From contig CAXXLL010000003.1 in NCBI GenBank assembly GCA_963662545.2, positions 768,001 to 832,000 of the forward strand: a DNA stretch of 64,000 nucleotides. Direction: 5' to 3'. The notes beneath the pieces are model-generated. The model worked only from the letters and a program-made list of their open reading frames with translations. It was not told the DNA's origin and made no database searches. A program made the position numbers and the translations under genes. Below, piece after piece: positions 43,479-54,842 of the stretch. How positions within the stretch are numbered: the first letter of the stretch is position 1; every line of letters starts with the position of its first letter. Source of the stretch: Gammaproteobacteria bacterium (GTDB taxonomy: Bacteria; Pseudomonadota; Gammaproteobacteria; Ga0077536).

Positions 43479-43711
43479 GGCCTAGAGTGATCCCTGCCGA
43501 CGCCGTGCGCGACACGCTTTGTGCGGTTGAAGCGAGCGAAAGCCCGACAAAATTATAATAAAAATTACAGAATAGTGAATCACTTACGGATTCTCTCGAT
43601 AAATCCACTGGAATATTCTCGCTAAAAATCGGCCAAATTCCTTGCGTCACGAACAAGCGCGGTTTTCAATGGTGAGCATGAACCGGGCACAAAGCTTCGA
43701 ATGGAACTGAA

Positions 43712-44386
43712 ATGGGCATAGAAATGACTTCGACCTTGGCCCTCGCCGCGGGCGCGGCATGGGCCAGTGGAATCAACCTTTACGCCGCGTTACTGATGTT
43801 CGGCATACTCGGAGCCACCGGTTCGCTGAGCTTACCCAGCGACCTTGAAATCCTCACCCATCCGCTGGTAATGGCGGCTGCAGGTTTCATGTACTGCGTT
43901 GAGTTTTTTGCAGACAAGACGCCGGGCGTCGACACCGGGTGGGACGTCTTGCATACCTTTATCCGGATCCCTGCCGGCGCAGCCCTCGCAGCTGCCGCGG
44001 TCGGCCATCTAGACCCGGCGGTTCAAATAGCCGCTTTCATCATCGGCGGCGGGCTGGCCGCCAGCAGCCACGCCGCAAAAGCAGGCAGCAGGGTCATGAT
44101 CAACACGTCCCCGGAACCCTTGACCAACTGGACTGCGTCCGTCACCGAGGATGTGGTGGTGGTGGCCGGACTATGGACCGCATTGAACTATCCGGCCGTG
44201 TTCCTGGGGTTGCTGTTCGTATTCCTGTTACTCGTCGCCTGGCTGCTGCCCAAGCTTTATCGCGCATTGCGGATGATCTACTTCAAAGTCATGGGGTTCA
44301 TCAGAGGGGATCAAGGCGGTGACGATCCAGTCGCACGACAGGATCCGCCAAACTCGATCCGTCCCGGCGAAAATGCCGCGCCTTAA
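43712..44386 (+). CDS. DUF4126 membrane protein
   Basis: WASGINLY, EFFADKTPGVD..WD, NTSPEP. Confidence 0.8.
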   Translation: MGIEMTSTLALAAGAAWASGINLYAALLMFGILGATGSLSLPSDLEILTHPLVMAAAGFMYCVEFFADKTPGVDTGWDVLHTFIRIPAGAALAAAAVGHLDPAVQIAAFIIGGGLAASSHAAKAGSRVMINTSPEPLTNWTASVTEDVVVVAGLWTALNYPAVFLGLLFVFLLLVAWLLPKLYRALRMIYFKVMGFIRGDQGGDDPVARQDPPNSIRPGENAAP

Positions 44387-44513
44387 CCGGCTGGTCGAAA
44401 ATTTTCGCCTGTCGCCACTCTATTCTCGGGACATGGATGTACCGGAAGTCTGTTAGTCCGTCGAGTCGCTTTGCACGGAATAGCCTAGGCATTCTTGAAA
44501 GCGCGCTCGACTC

Positions 44514-44951
44514 ATGTATGAGTGGCTAAAGGCCTTTCACATGGTTTTCATGGTGACCTGGTTCGCTGGTTTGTTCTATCTGCCGCGGCTTTTCGTCTAC
44601 CACGCGACGGTCGAAGATGAAGTCAGCAACACTCGTTTTAAAACGATGGAGCGCAAGCTGTATTGGGGCATCATGGCGCCGGGCAGCGTGCTCACTGTTC
44701 TGACCGGCACGTGGCTCGTAACCATCAGAGGCAGCGAGTGGTTCTGGGCGGTACCTTGGCTGCACCTGAAACTCGTGCTCGTCGGTGTATTGATCGGTTT
44801 TCACATCTACCTCGGGGCCATCCTGAAGCGATTCGCACGGAATATGAACCGCCATGGGGATAAATTCTATCGATGGATCAATGAAGTGCCGGTCCTCATT
44901 CTGATCGCCGTGGTACTTCTGGCGGAGCTCAAACCATGGCAGGCGATGTGA
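44514..44951 (+). CDS. hemJ: Protoporphyrinogen oxidase HemJ
   Basis: WFAGLFYLPRLFVYH, MERKL, NEVP. Confidence 0.92.
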   Translation: MYEWLKAFHMVFMVTWFAGLFYLPRLFVYHATVEDEVSNTRFKTMERKLYWGIMAPGSVLTVLTGTWLVTIRGSEWFWAVPWLHLKLVLVGVLIGFHIYLGAILKRFARNMNRHGDKFYRWINEVPVLILIAVVLLAELKPWQAM

Positions 44952-45080
44952 AATCGCGACTGCTCGCGCGAATCGGGCGCGCCTCTGGCTCAGATACTGC
45001 ACGCCCGCTCGAACTGACGCCGCCTCCCCGTTATGGAAATGCCTCGCGCGGGGCGAAATCATGAACACCATCTTTTCCCG

Positions 45081-45887
45081 ATGAGCGATCTCGGGGAGCG
45101 GCAGAACGATCGCTGTCGGTTGATTCTTACCGTAGGCGGACACGACCCTTCGGCGGCCGGGATCCAGGCGGATATCGAAACCTGCGCCGCGCTTGGGTGC
45201 CTGGCGCTATCCGTCGTAACGGCGTTGACCACGCAGAATACCGCCATCGTGCGCAAAGTGATCCCGTCACGACCCGAGGATGTACGTGATCAGATCCGCA
45301 CGGTACTCGACGAATTCAAACCGGACGCATGTAAGATCGGCCTGGTTCCCAATCCAGCGATCGGCGCAGTCATCGCCGGCTTTTTGAAAAACGAATTAAA
45401 CGACTGTCCAACGGTTATTGATCCGGTGATAAGAGCAGGCTCGGGCGGGTCGCTTGCCTCGGTTGACATGATCGACGCATTAATGAGTGATCTGATCCCG
45501 CTGGCCGAAGTGCTGACGCCAAACGCCGGCGAAGTTCGTGCATTGACATCGTGCGAGGATCTTGAACAGGGAATATCGCGGCTACGGCACACGGGCTGCG
45601 AATCTGTCCTCGTCACCGATGCGGAGGGCGAAAAGAAGGTGCTAATCAATCAACTATACATTAGCGATGAGCCGCCTGAACGATACGAAATGAAACGACT
45701 TCCCGGCAGCTATCATGGGACCGGCTGTACACTGGCGACCGCCATTGCATGCCGCCGTGCCGCCGGTCTGTCTATACGAGACGCGGTCGCCCAAGCGCAA
45801 GAATTCGTACATGGTGCCGTGTGTGGAGCCCATCGATTCGGCGCTTCGCAAGCCATTCCAAACCGGTTCGCGCGCTTGAGCTCATGA
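45081..45887 (+). CDS. thiD: Hydroxymethylpyrimidine/phosphomethylpyrimidine kinase
   Basis: GHDPSAAGIQAD, TALTTQN, LTPN, YHGTGCTLA; start uncertain. Confidence 0.88.
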   Translation: MSDLGERQNDRCRLILTVGGHDPSAAGIQADIETCAALGCLALSVVTALTTQNTAIVRKVIPSRPEDVRDQIRTVLDEFKPDACKIGLVPNPAIGAVIAGFLKNELNDCPTVIDPVIRAGSGGSLASVDMIDALMSDLIPLAEVLTPNAGEVRALTSCEDLEQGISRLRHTGCESVLVTDAEGEKKVLINQLYISDEPPERYEMKRLPGSYHGTGCTLATAIACRRAAGLSIRDAVAQAQEFVHGAVCGAHRFGASQAIPNRFARLSS

Positions 45888-46522
45888 CGGAACCGCCCGT
45901 TGTAGGCTTTCCGACCGGCGGTTTATATGTATTGACGCCCCCGGCGATCCCGGAGCTCGAGCAACTCGAAACGATGGTGGCGGCTGCCCTATCGGGCGGC
46001 GCCGTCGCCGTTCAATTCAGGGATAAACAGCACGACCGTCTAAAACGCCTGGAACGGGCGACGGCTCTGCGAGTGCTTTGCCGCGAATATGGCGTCCCTT
46101 TGATCATCAATGACGATGTCGACCTGACTGCTGCGGTCCAGGCAGATGGCGTTCACCTTGGCAAAAACGACGCGTCGCTGGCGTCGGCCAGGCGCATTCT
46201 GGGACCGCGGTTCATCATCGGCGTATCGTGTTATGACTCGCTAGCCCGTGCAATTTCGGCGATAGGTGAAGGCGCGGATTATGTCGCCTTCGGCAGCTTC
46301 TTTGCTTCGAAAACCAAGCCCGGTGCCGTCGCATGCGGTATTGAAGTACTGGTTGAGGCGGCCGCGAATATCACTCGGCCCATCATTGCCATCGGTGGGA
46401 TTACACCGGAAAATGCCGCTGGGCTCATTTCATCCGGCGCCGATCTCCTAGCAGTGCAATCGAGTGTATTTTCCGTCCCCGATTCGTGCGCATCGGCCAG
46501 AAAATTTTCCAGGCTGTTCTAG
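45884..46522 (+). CDS. thiE: Thiamine-phosphate synthase
   Basis: VQFRDK, IINDD, GVHLG, AIGGI. Confidence 0.93.
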   Translation: MTEPPVVGFPTGGLYVLTPPAIPELEQLETMVAAALSGGAVAVQFRDKQHDRLKRLERATALRVLCREYGVPLIINDDVDLTAAVQADGVHLGKNDASLASARRILGPRFIIGVSCYDSLARAISAIGEGADYVAFGSFFASKTKPGAVACGIEVLVEAAANITRPIIAIGGITPENAAGLISSGADLLAVQSSVFSVPDSCASARKFSRLF

Positions 46523-46527
46523 ATGAC

Positions 46528-47823
46528 ATGACGACAAAATCGGAAATGCTTTTTGCCGCCGCGTGCAAAGTCATGCCCGGAGGAGTCAATTCACCAGTTC
46601 GTGCGTTTAACGCGGTTGGCGGAACCCCCATATTTTTTACGCATGGGAAAGGCGCTTATTTATACGACGTTGATGGTAAGCGGTACGTAGATTACATCGG
46701 CAGCTGGGGGCCCATGATCATAGGGCACTCCGACCCGAGAATAGTCGAAGCTATTTCCAAGCAGCTTTCCTGCGGATTGAGTTTCGGCGCACCCACTGAA
46801 ATCGAAACACGCCTCGCGCAGAAAATTTGTGAGCTCCTGCCAAGCGCTGAGAAGGTCAGAATGGTTAGCTCTGGAACAGAAGCATCGATGAGCGCTATAC
46901 GCCTCGCCCGGGGTTATACCGGGCGCGAGCGCATCGTGAAATTCGAGGGCTGCTATCACGGACACGTCGATTCGCTACTCGTGAAAGCCGGCTCCGGCGC
47001 ATTGACCCTGGGTATACCGACCTCTGCGGGCGTACCTTCGGCTCTGGCCGAACTCACGACGACTTTGAACTATAACGACCCCGAACAACTCAAAGCCATA
47101 TTCGATGAAATCGGCGATGAAATCGCTGCCGTCATCGTCGAGCCCGTCGCCGGCAATATGAATTGCATACCGCCGTCGCACGAGTTTCTGGGTACACTGC
47201 GTGAATCCACGGCCACACACGGTGCGCTGCTCATCTTTGACGAAGTCATGACTGGCTTTCGGGTCCATGTTGGCGGTGCCCAGGCGCTCTACGGTATACA
47301 GCCTGACCTGACTGTGTTGGGAAAGATCATTGGCGGTGGGATGCCGGTCGGTGCCGTTGCGGGACCCGCGCGAATCATGGATTACCTGGCTCCGCTCGGA
47401 CCCGTCTACCAGGCTGGAACCTTGTCGGGAAATCCAATTGCGATGACCAGCGGACTCGCTACACTGCAGATCATTTCCGAACCGGGGTTTCATAAGATAC
47501 TGGAACGTCAAACGAAACGTCTGTGCGAAGGTATTCGAGACGCGGCAAAACGCGTCGAAATTGGCCTCACGACCAATCACGTGTGTGGCATGTTTGGCCT
47601 TTTTTTTACCGACATCGACAAGGTTAGCAAGTTTTCCCAAGTCATGGACTGTGACGCGAACAGGTTCAAGCAGTTCTTCAAACGAATGCTCGATCGCGGA
47701 GTCAATCTGGCGCCGTCCCCGTTCGAGTCCGGTTTCGTATCTGCGGCGCATGGAGACGCGGAGATTGACATGACTATCGATGCGGCAGCCGAATCCTTCG
47801 AGAGGATTGCCGCTGGAGAATGA
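46528..47823 (+). CDS. hemL: Glutamate-1-semialdehyde 2,1-aminomutase
   Basis: [36 protein letters not shown]. Confidence 0.97.
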   Translation: MTTKSEMLFAAACKVMPGGVNSPVRAFNAVGGTPIFFTHGKGAYLYDVDGKRYVDYIGSWGPMIIGHSDPRIVEAISKQLSCGLSFGAPTEIETRLAQKICELLPSAEKVRMVSSGTEASMSAIRLARGYTGRERIVKFEGCYHGHVDSLLVKAGSGALTLGIPTSAGVPSALAELTTTLNYNDPEQLKAIFDEIGDEIAAVIVEPVAGNMNCIPPSHEFLGTLRESTATHGALLIFDEVMTGFRVHVGGAQALYGIQPDLTVLGKIIGGGMPVGAVAGPARIMDYLAPLGPVYQAGTLSGNPIAMTSGLATLQIISEPGFHKILERQTKRLCEGIRDAAKRVEIGLTTNHVCGMFGLFFTDIDKVSKFSQVMDCDANRFKQFFKRMLDRGVNLAPSPFESGFVSAAHGDAEIDMTIDAAAESFERIAAGE

Positions 47824-48410
47824 AAACGAACCTCGAATGCGGAATCGCATCACTGTCGCGCGCGCCAGCGATACTTTCGTTGTGCGTCCTCGCTTGGGCG
47901 GGCTTCGCTACAGCCGACCAAACCGATCAAAGACTTGCCGGTATGTTTTCCGAACTGGCGAATGCCGCCAACCCGATAGCGGCCAATAAGATTGAGCAGG
48001 AGATCTGGGCAATCTGGTTGGCAGCCCCGGATCCGCAAGTTAACGAATGGCTAGACGAAGCACGGGCGGCGACGAATTCAGGCGCCATCACCTCCGCCCT
48101 GGAAATATTCGATCGAGTGACAGCAGCATATCCGAATTTCGCGGAGGGATGGAATCAGCGCGCGATCATGCACTTCCTGCTGGGGGATTTCGAAAGCTCC
48201 TTGTCGGATATCGCGAGAACGCTCGAACTCGAACCCCGTCATTTCGGCGCGCTCGCCGGAAGCGGTCAGTGCTATTTGCGCCTGGAATTATTTCAGGAAT
48301 CCTTGATCTCCTTCGAAGCGGCTCTGCAGGTGAATCCCTGGATGTCCGCAGCCAAGCAGCAGGTCGAAATGTTGCGCGCCTACCTGAAGCAACAGGAAAC
48401 GCCCATCTAA
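47820..48410 (+). CDS. TPR protein
   Basis: [17 protein letters not shown]. Confidence 0.8.
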   Translation: MKTNLECGIASLSRAPAILSLCVLAWAGFATADQTDQRLAGMFSELANAANPIAANKIEQEIWAIWLAAPDPQVNEWLDEARAATNSGAITSALEIFDRVTAAYPNFAEGWNQRAIMHFLLGDFESSLSDIARTLELEPRHFGALAGSGQCYLRLELFQESLISFEAALQVNPWMSAAKQQVEMLRAYLKQQETPI

Positions 48411-48434
48411 GGAACCCTTAAAATTCGAATCGAA

Positions 48435-48998
48435 CTATAACTGGTCTTCGGTAAAAAGCCCGACTCTCAAGTTCTTCGCTTCGTAAATGCGTTCACCGTC
48501 GACTTCCATCACGGCGTTGGCGTAGCCCACCACGAGCGAACGCTGGATGATTCGCTTGATATCTACAATGTAACGAACGAGGTGTTTGTCGGGTGTGACT
48601 TGACCGGAAAACTGGACATCGCCGCCCCCCAACGCACGCCCGCGGCCCAGGCCGCCCTTCCACGCCAGGAAAAAGCCTACGATCTGCCACATTGCATCGA
48701 GGCCAAGGCAGCCCGGCATGACCGGGTCATTATCGAAGTGGCAATCGAAGAACCAAAGGCCGGGATCAATATCGAGCTCTGCTTCTACCCTGCCACGGCC
48801 GTACTGCCCGGTCGTGTCTTCGATGCGTGTGATGCGGTCGAACATCAACATAGGCGGCAGTGGCAACTGCGCATTGCCGGGTCCGAACAGTTCGCCATGG
48901 CCGCAACCGATTAACTCGTCGTAGGCATAGTTCGATTTACGGAGGCCCGCCAGAATGATCGGCGCTTTTTCGTTGATAAGTACGTTGGCAGCGGACAT
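48435..48998 (-). CDS. fabA: 3-hydroxydecanoyl-ACP dehydratase/isomerase
   Basis: [30 protein letters not shown]. Confidence 0.95.
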   Translation of the reverse strand: MSAANVLINEKAPIILAGLRKSNYAYDELIGCGHGELFGPGNAQLPLPPMLMFDRITRIEDTTGQYGRGRVEAELDIDPGLWFFDCHFDNDPVMPGCLGLDAMWQIVGFFLAWKGGLGRGRALGGGDVQFSGQVTPDKHLVRYIVDIKRIIQRSLVVGYANAVMEVDGERIYEAKNLRVGLFTEDQL

Positions 48999-49099
48999 GA
49001 AAAGAAGGATGGCCGTTTGAATTTCGAAAGTATATTAAAGCAAATCGGTGTGGCCGTAGTAAAAACCACCTTCAGCCACCTTTGATTCCCGTTTCGTCA

Positions 49100-50446
49100 C
49101 TATGCGAAATCTATCTTGACGCGCGCCACGGTGCCTTCATTCGAAGTCTCGAAACCGAGGTGTCCTTGATAAACGTCTTCGACCATTTCGCGGACGATGG
49201 CAAGTCCTATTCCATGTCCTTCGACAGAGTGATCGAGTTTCGCTCCACGCTTTAATAAAACGTCCAATTGACCGTTCGGGATCCCTGGACCGTCATCGGC
49301 CACATCGATCTGGAGTGTGCGAACCGGCAGCGATGACACACGGATTTCGACCCGCTGCCGAGCCCATTTACAGCTGTTGTCGCCGAGGTTGCCGATAATT
49401 TCCATCAGATCGCCCTCGTCGCCCAGGAACAACGCACCAGGGTCGACCGCTACCGTGATTTCAAGCTCACGATGAGCATGAACTTTGCGCAGAGAGTCGG
49501 CGATGCGCTCGACGACGGGTGCAACGGCGAGCGGCGGCGAGAGCAATGACCGGCCAGCCGCGGCGGCCCTATGTAATTGATATTCGACGGTGCGATCTAA
49601 TCGCTCTAGCTGTTCGAGCATAGTATCCGTCGAGCTCTTTTTTTCTTCGCTTTCGAACTGATTGCGCAATATCGCGAGCGGTGTCTTGATCGAATGCGCC
49701 AGATCGCCCAGCGCGTTTCGATAGCGCTGAAGGTTCTCCCGGTTGTGTGCGATCAGCGTGTTGAGGTTACGCGTCAACGAAGTCAATTCGGACGGGTACT
49801 CGCCGACTATCTGATTGCTGCGCCCCTGCTCGATGGCTCTTACCTCGTCTTCCACGCTGCGCAAAGGCCGCAAACCCCAGCTCAAATTGAGCGCCTGCAC
49901 GACCAGCAAAGTAACGCTCAAGGCCGCGAACCATAGCCACAGGCTCCGCCGGAAACGGCCAACCGTATCGAGGTAGAACCGCCGGTTTTCGCATGCCTGG
50001 ATGACGAAGTGAATCGGATGATTAACACCTGCGCCCTCCCAGATAATCGAGTATGCGAGCGAGAATAACTTTTCGCCCGTAGCCGCGCGAATATGGTCGA
50101 GCTGCCACTGACCGGTTTCCACAGGGGGCGGGAAATCAGGCTCGATACCAAGCAAGGATCGGCTCTCCCAGCGGGCATCGCCGTTCCTTGAGACGATTCG
50201 CGCATAATTACCCGATCCGGGAATTGATAGAGAGGGATCGGGCAAGGAGTCGATCAAGGACTGATCGCCGGGCGCATCGAAATCCGCCGCTCCGATCAAC
50301 ATGAAAATCCGGCCACGGAGGCGATCTTCAACGGAATTGAGGGCGCTCTCCCGAAACGCGCGATCGAGCAGCACGCTTGCGCAGCCCAAAAAGGTGACGA
50401 GCACGAGGCTTGCGCTAAACAATATCCTCGTGCGAAGCGAACGCAT
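49100..50446 (-). CDS. PhoQ/CarS-like sensor histidine kinase
   Basis: LAHSIKTPL, DDGPG, GHGIGL; two TMs + HAMP. Confidence 0.88.
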   Translation of the reverse strand: MRSLRTRILFSASLVLVTFLGCASVLLDRAFRESALNSVEDRLRGRIFMLIGAADFDAPGDQSLIDSLPDPSLSIPGSGNYARIVSRNGDARWESRSLLGIEPDFPPPVETGQWQLDHIRAATGEKLFSLAYSIIWEGAGVNHPIHFVIQACENRRFYLDTVGRFRRSLWLWFAALSVTLLVVQALNLSWGLRPLRSVEDEVRAIEQGRSNQIVGEYPSELTSLTRNLNTLIAHNRENLQRYRNALGDLAHSIKTPLAILRNQFESEEKKSSTDTMLEQLERLDRTVEYQLHRAAAAGRSLLSPPLAVAPVVERIADSLRKVHAHRELEITVAVDPGALFLGDEGDLMEIIGNLGDNSCKWARQRVEIRVSSLPVRTLQIDVADDGPGIPNGQLDVLLKRGAKLDHSVEGHGIGLAIVREMVEDVYQGHLGFETSNEGTVARVKIDFA

Positions 50447-50478
50447 GAGAAAGATCCGACCCGTTCGACGAAGGCGGC

Positions 50479-51168
50479 TCAGGCTTCCTCGCTATCACGA
50501 GTAAAGCAAAACCGGTATCCCTGACCGCGGATAGTTTCTATCGGAACCAGCGTACGATCCGGATCGAGCTTTTTGCGCAAACGCCCGATAATTACCTCGA
50601 GCACATTGCTGTCGCGCTCTGCATCGTCTTCGTAGAGGTGTTCCGTCAGCTCGGATTTAGACACGACGTCGTCCGCATGCAGCATCAGGTACTCCAGAAC
50701 CTTGTACTCCAGTGCGGTGAGGTCGAGCTCTTGGTCGTCCACCAGAACGCGTTTGGATCCAAGCTCCATCTTGATGGCGCCGCATCGGATTTCCGATTGA
50801 CTCCATCCCGAGGCGCGCCGTAATAGCGCGCGGAGTCGAGCCAATAATTCTTCGTTGTGAAAGGGCTTGACAAGGTAATCGTCGGCGCCGATTTCGAGCC
50901 CCGCCACCTTGTCTTCCCAACGGCCGCGAGCCGTCAAAATCAAGACGGGGAAATCCCGTTGCTTCTGGCGCCAGGTCTCGATGACGGCATCGCCCGCCTG
51001 ATCCGGTAACCCGAGATCGACGATCGCGGCATCGATTGGATACTCCAAGCCCAGATACTCACCCTCTTTGCCTGATCCTGTCGCGTCGACGGCGTAGCCT
51101 TCCGCACGTAAACGTTCGGCAAGTTGCTCACGCAAGGTATATTCATCCTCGACGATGAGAATGCGCAT
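50479..51168 (-). CDS. PhoP-like OmpR-family response regulator
   Basis: VDLGLPD, GADDYLVKPF, SNVLEV.IGRLRKKL. Confidence 0.92.
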   Translation of the reverse strand: MRILIVEDEYTLREQLAERLRAEGYAVDATGSGKEGEYLGLEYPIDAAIVDLGLPDQAGDAVIETWRQKQRDFPVLILTARGRWEDKVAGLEIGADDYLVKPFHNEELLARLRALLRRASGWSQSEIRCGAIKMELGSKRVLVDDQELDLTALEYKVLEYLMLHADDVVSKSELTEHLYEDDAERDSNVLEVIIGRLRKKLDPDRTLVPIETIRGQGYRFCFTRDSEEA

Positions 51169-51467
51169 TATTTATCATTCGAATCGGGGGTATCGGTGGG
51201 TTCCCTGTCTAACTCGATGATCTTGACGCGACCGTCGTCGAGCAACACTTTAACGTGGAAAACCTGTCGCTCTCCTTCTCTCAGAGTCTGTACATCGAGA
51301 ACCCTACCGCCCGATATGGCAGCAGCCTCGCGAGCCGCCGCGCCGGCATCCGTCACGACGTCGGCGGCGAATAATAACGCTGAAAATGCTTCGATCGCGT
51401 AGACCGGTTGGACGTATGCGCCGGAGATCGCAAACAACAGCATCATGGGGAACCAGGATCGGGGCAT
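51168..51467 (-). CDS. PepSY-like small periplasmic protein
   Basis: Signal peptide; GGRVLDV...FHVKVLLDDGRV; upstream of two-component pair. Confidence 0.65.
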   Translation of the reverse strand: MPRSWFPMMLLFAISGAYVQPVYAIEAFSALLFAADVVTDAGAAAREAAAISGGRVLDVQTLREGERQVFHVKVLLDDGRVKIIELDREPTDTPDSNDK

Positions 51468-51725
51468 ACCCAAATCATACCGCAGGCGTCGGGCATGGGA
51501 TATTCGTAGCCGCCAGGCCGCACGTGTCGAGCTAGTGGGGGCCGGTACAGGCGCCTTGCCGACACAGTCGCTGCGATCGTCAGTCAGGTTCTTCATTCGG
51601 TGCCTGTGCGATGCCACGAGTTCCGCGGCAGTCAGCCCTGTCGGGTCTTATCGAGGATCGGGTTCCATTTCGTTTAGGCGATGTTAATTACCCAAGGCTG
51701 AACCTGCCCTGAATTATCGTTTTTG

Positions 51726-52556
51726 TCATCGCTCAGCCGCTTGTATCGGGCGATCATGCGTCAACGCGGGAATCATGCGGCGCGCCTCTTCGACGCGCGC
51801 GGGATCGATATCGGCAACGATGTAGCCCTCGTGCTCGCCGCCATCTGCCAGGACCGCTCCCCATGGGTCGACAATGAGCGAATGTCCGTAGGTCCGCCGA
51901 CCCCATGGTCGCTGACCCGGTTGATCCGGCGCGAAGATGTAGCACGCATTTTCAATGGCGCGAGCCCGGACGAGTGTGTGCCAGTGGGCTTCTCCAGTTT
52001 TGGCGGTAAATGCCGCCGGAACCGAAATGAAATGGGCGCCCGCCTTCGCCAAAGCTCGGTACAGGTGGGGGAACCGGACGTCGTAGCAGATCGTAAGCCC
52101 CAGTCTACCCCAGGGCAGATCTGCAATTACGGCACGATCGCCGGGAGCAACGCTCGAGGATTCACGGTAGTTCTGCCCGTCCTTGATAGCGACGTCGAAC
52201 AAGTGAAGTTTGTTATAGATTGCCGCAAGCTTCCCGTCCGGCGCGATCAAGTGACTCCGGTTATGGACCTTTCTCTCCTTGAACTTAACCGGTATCGAGC
52301 CCAACAATAACCAACTCTGCAATTCCTTCGCGAGATTTCGAAAATGCGTTAATGCCGGATGCTGATCCGCCTCGAATCCCTTATCGAAATACGCCGTGTC
52401 GCTGCGCTCAAGAATACAGAAATATTCAGGTAAACAGATCAGCGACGCGCCGGCGGAGGCCGCTGCCCTGACGAGTGCTTCCGCGGCGGCTATATTGGCC
52501 TCCATATCGTCGGTGGCGCAGTTCTGGACACAGGCCACCTTGAAGGTTTTGTCCAT
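51726..52556 (-). CDS. Carbon-nitrogen hydrolase (Nit1-like amidase)
   Basis: LPE, YNKLHLFD, ICYDVRFP, RARAIEN. Confidence 0.92.
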   Translation of the reverse strand: MDKTFKVACVQNCATDDMEANIAAAEALVRAAASAGASLICLPEYFCILERSDTAYFDKGFEADQHPALTHFRNLAKELQSWLLLGSIPVKFKERKVHNRSHLIAPDGKLAAIYNKLHLFDVAIKDGQNYRESSSVAPGDRAVIADLPWGRLGLTICYDVRFPHLYRALAKAGAHFISVPAAFTAKTGEAHWHTLVRARAIENACYIFAPDQPGQRPWGRRTYGHSLIVDPWGAVLADGGEHEGYIVADIDPARVEEARRMIPALTHDRPIQAAER

Positions 52557-52583
52557 CAGCGTCCTCTCTCTCTCGACGGTAGA

Positions 52584-53066
52584 CTAGGCAAGCGGCGACT
52601 CGGCGACGACGACACCATCTTCGTCGGCGTAAATATAGTCTCCAGGGTGCACGGAAATCTCTGCAAAGTGAACGACGACGTCTCTTTCTCCTTCGCCTTT
52701 TTTGATGCTCTTGCGCGGATTCGTGGCAATAGCCTTCACGCCGATGTCTATACGGGCGATCGGCACAGTGTCGCGAATGCACCCGTAAACCACGATTCCG
52801 GCCCAGCCGTTGTCGTGGCCAATCGTTGCAAGCTGGTCACCCACTAACGCGCAGCGCAGCGAACCGTCGCCGTCAATGACCAGGACACGTCCTTCTCCGC
52901 GCTCTTCGAGCGCTGCGCGTACCAGAGAGTTGTCTTCAAACACCTTAACGGTGCTGACCGGACCCTCGAAACACCGCATCCCTCCGAAATCCCGGAAAAT
53001 GGGCGCCGCTACACGCAGTACTTCGCCATGGGCGTCGTAGAGATCAGCCGTTGCCTTACCACTCAT
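52584..53066 (-). CDS. rraA: RraA/HMG aldolase family
   Basis: TADLYD, VFEDNSLV, GCIRD, YADEDG. Confidence 0.9.
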   Translation of the reverse strand: MSGKATADLYDAHGEVLRVAAPIFRDFGGMRCFEGPVSTVKVFEDNSLVRAALEERGEGRVLVIDGDGSLRCALVGDQLATIGHDNGWAGIVVYGCIRDTVPIARIDIGVKAIATNPRKSIKKGEGERDVVVHFAEISVHPGDYIYADEDGVVVAESPLA

Positions 53067-53169
53067 ATAATTTTCCTTTTGGCCGGCGTTGAGATCCGAT
53101 CCGCCTTGCGTGCGCGGCAAGCCGTCTACGAATCATGTGTAGAAGCTCCGCGAGCGCGAATTCTCCCAG

Positions 53170-53392
53170 CAGCCTGTCGGACTTAGGGAATCGTAGCGAG
53201 GCGATTGGGAGAGCGGTCTGAGAGGTGTCATGGTTTGAGACGAATAGTGGGGCAGTTTAACGAAAAATTCGTCGGGAACGAATTTTCGCGTAGCCCCGTA
53301 GGGGTGAAGCGCATGGATGCGCTGAACAAAACCATGGCGCATCTGGACCGCTATCCCAACGCCGTAGCAGATTTCCTAAGTCCGACAGGCTG
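53170..53392. mobile_element. MITE copy 2 (223 bp, with internal insert)
   Basis: Same TIRs and body as 4441-4600; flanked by CCAG/CTAG. Confidence 0.85.
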
Positions 53393-53404
53393 CTAGAGCC
53401 TACG

Positions 53405-54772
53405 TCATTTTTTGTTTTTTTGGGGCCGTTTCCAGCCACTGATGGTTTTCTGACGAACCCGGCTGATCACGAGCCGACCTGCCTCGACATCTTCGGTTAC
53501 TGTCGTCCCCGCACCGATCGTGACTCCCCGCCCGACAGTTACCGGCGCGACGAGCTGCGTATCGGAGCCGACGAAAACGTCATCTTCGAGTATCGTTTTG
53601 TGTTTGAAAGCGCCATCGTAATTGCAGGTGATCGTACCGGCGCCGATATTGACGCGTGCTCCGATTTCAGCATCCCCGACGTAACTCAAATGGTTGACCT
53701 TGCTGCCCGTGGCGATATCCGATTTTTTGATTTCGACGAAATTTCCTATGTGAACGTCGTCCGCAAGACGGGACTCCGGACGTATCCTGGAAAATGGCCC
53801 AATGCGCGAGCGCTTCCCAATGCTTGCCGAATCGAGAACGCAATTCGACAGGATTTCGACGTCATCGTCGATTTCGCAATCAGCGATAAAATTGTTCGGT
53901 CCGATACGGACTCCATTGCCAATCCGTACCTGCCCCTCGAATATGACGTTGACGTCGATCACGACGTCTTTCCCGCACTCGACATCACCGCGCACGTCGA
54001 TGCGGGCTGGATCGATTAACGTGACACCTGCGGCCATTAAGGCATCAGCAATCCGATCCTGAAAATGCCGCTCGACTATCGCTAATTGCCGCCGGTCATT
54101 GATGCCCATGGCTTCTTCCGCCTCGTCAATCAGAACCCCGCTGACCTCGACGCCCTCGGCGACTGCCATCGCTACACAATCTGTCAGGTAATACTCGCCC
54201 TGTGCGTTTTCGTCACCGAGTTGCGGAATCCAGGCTTTAAGCCGATCGGCGTAGATCGCCATGATCCCCGTATTGATCTCCCGAATTTCCTGCTCCGCCT
54301 CGCTGGCGTCTTGATGCTCCACAATACGGCTGATGCGGCCCGATGCGTCACGGACGATCCGACCATATCCGCTTGCGTCAGGCATGTTCACGGTGAGGAC
54401 GGCGAATCCCGTATCGATGCCCGCGGCAACCAGGCGTTCCACCGACGACGGCCTCAGTAATGGGACGTCACCGTAAAGAATCAGCACGGTCGAGCCGTCG
54501 GTGATTTTTGGCAGGGCTTGAGCGACCGCGTGACCGGTACCCAGTTGCTCGGATTGTTCGACCCATATGACGTCCGGGCGACCCAGTGCGTCGATCAGTT
54601 TTTGACCCCCGTGCCCATAAACGACGATCGGTTTTCGATCTGAAACTGACCGTGCCACATCGAGCACATGCTCCACCATTGGCCTCCCGGCAACGCGATG
54701 GAGCACCTTCGGCAGATCAGAATGCATGCGCTTGCCCTGGCCAGCGGCAAGAATTACGACGGCTATGGACAT
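53405..54772 (-). CDS. glmU: Bifunctional UDP-GlcNAc pyrophosphorylase/acetyltransferase
   Basis: LAAGQGKRMHS, GEYYLTD, hexapeptide repeats, TCNYDG. Confidence 0.97.
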   Translation of the reverse strand: MSIAVVILAAGQGKRMHSDLPKVLHRVAGRPMVEHVLDVARSVSDRKPIVVYGHGGQKLIDALGRPDVIWVEQSEQLGTGHAVAQALPKITDGSTVLILYGDVPLLRPSSVERLVAAGIDTGFAVLTVNMPDASGYGRIVRDASGRISRIVEHQDASEAEQEIREINTGIMAIYADRLKAWIPQLGDENAQGEYYLTDCVAMAVAEGVEVSGVLIDEAEEAMGINDRRQLAIVERHFQDRIADALMAAGVTLIDPARIDVRGDVECGKDVVIDVNVIFEGQVRIGNGVRIGPNNFIADCEIDDDVEILSNCVLDSASIGKRSRIGPFSRIRPESRLADDVHIGNFVEIKKSDIATGSKVNHLSYVGDAEIGARVNIGAGTITCNYDGAFKHKTILEDDVFVGSDTQLVAPVTVGRGVTIGAGTTVTEDVEAGRLVISRVRQKTISGWKRPQKNKK

Positions 54773-54842
54773 AGGGGCGGCTGAGGTTCTTTGGGGGCTC
54801 GCCAGTCGGCGCCTAACGGAAGGCTTGCAACGAGCTCGACGG

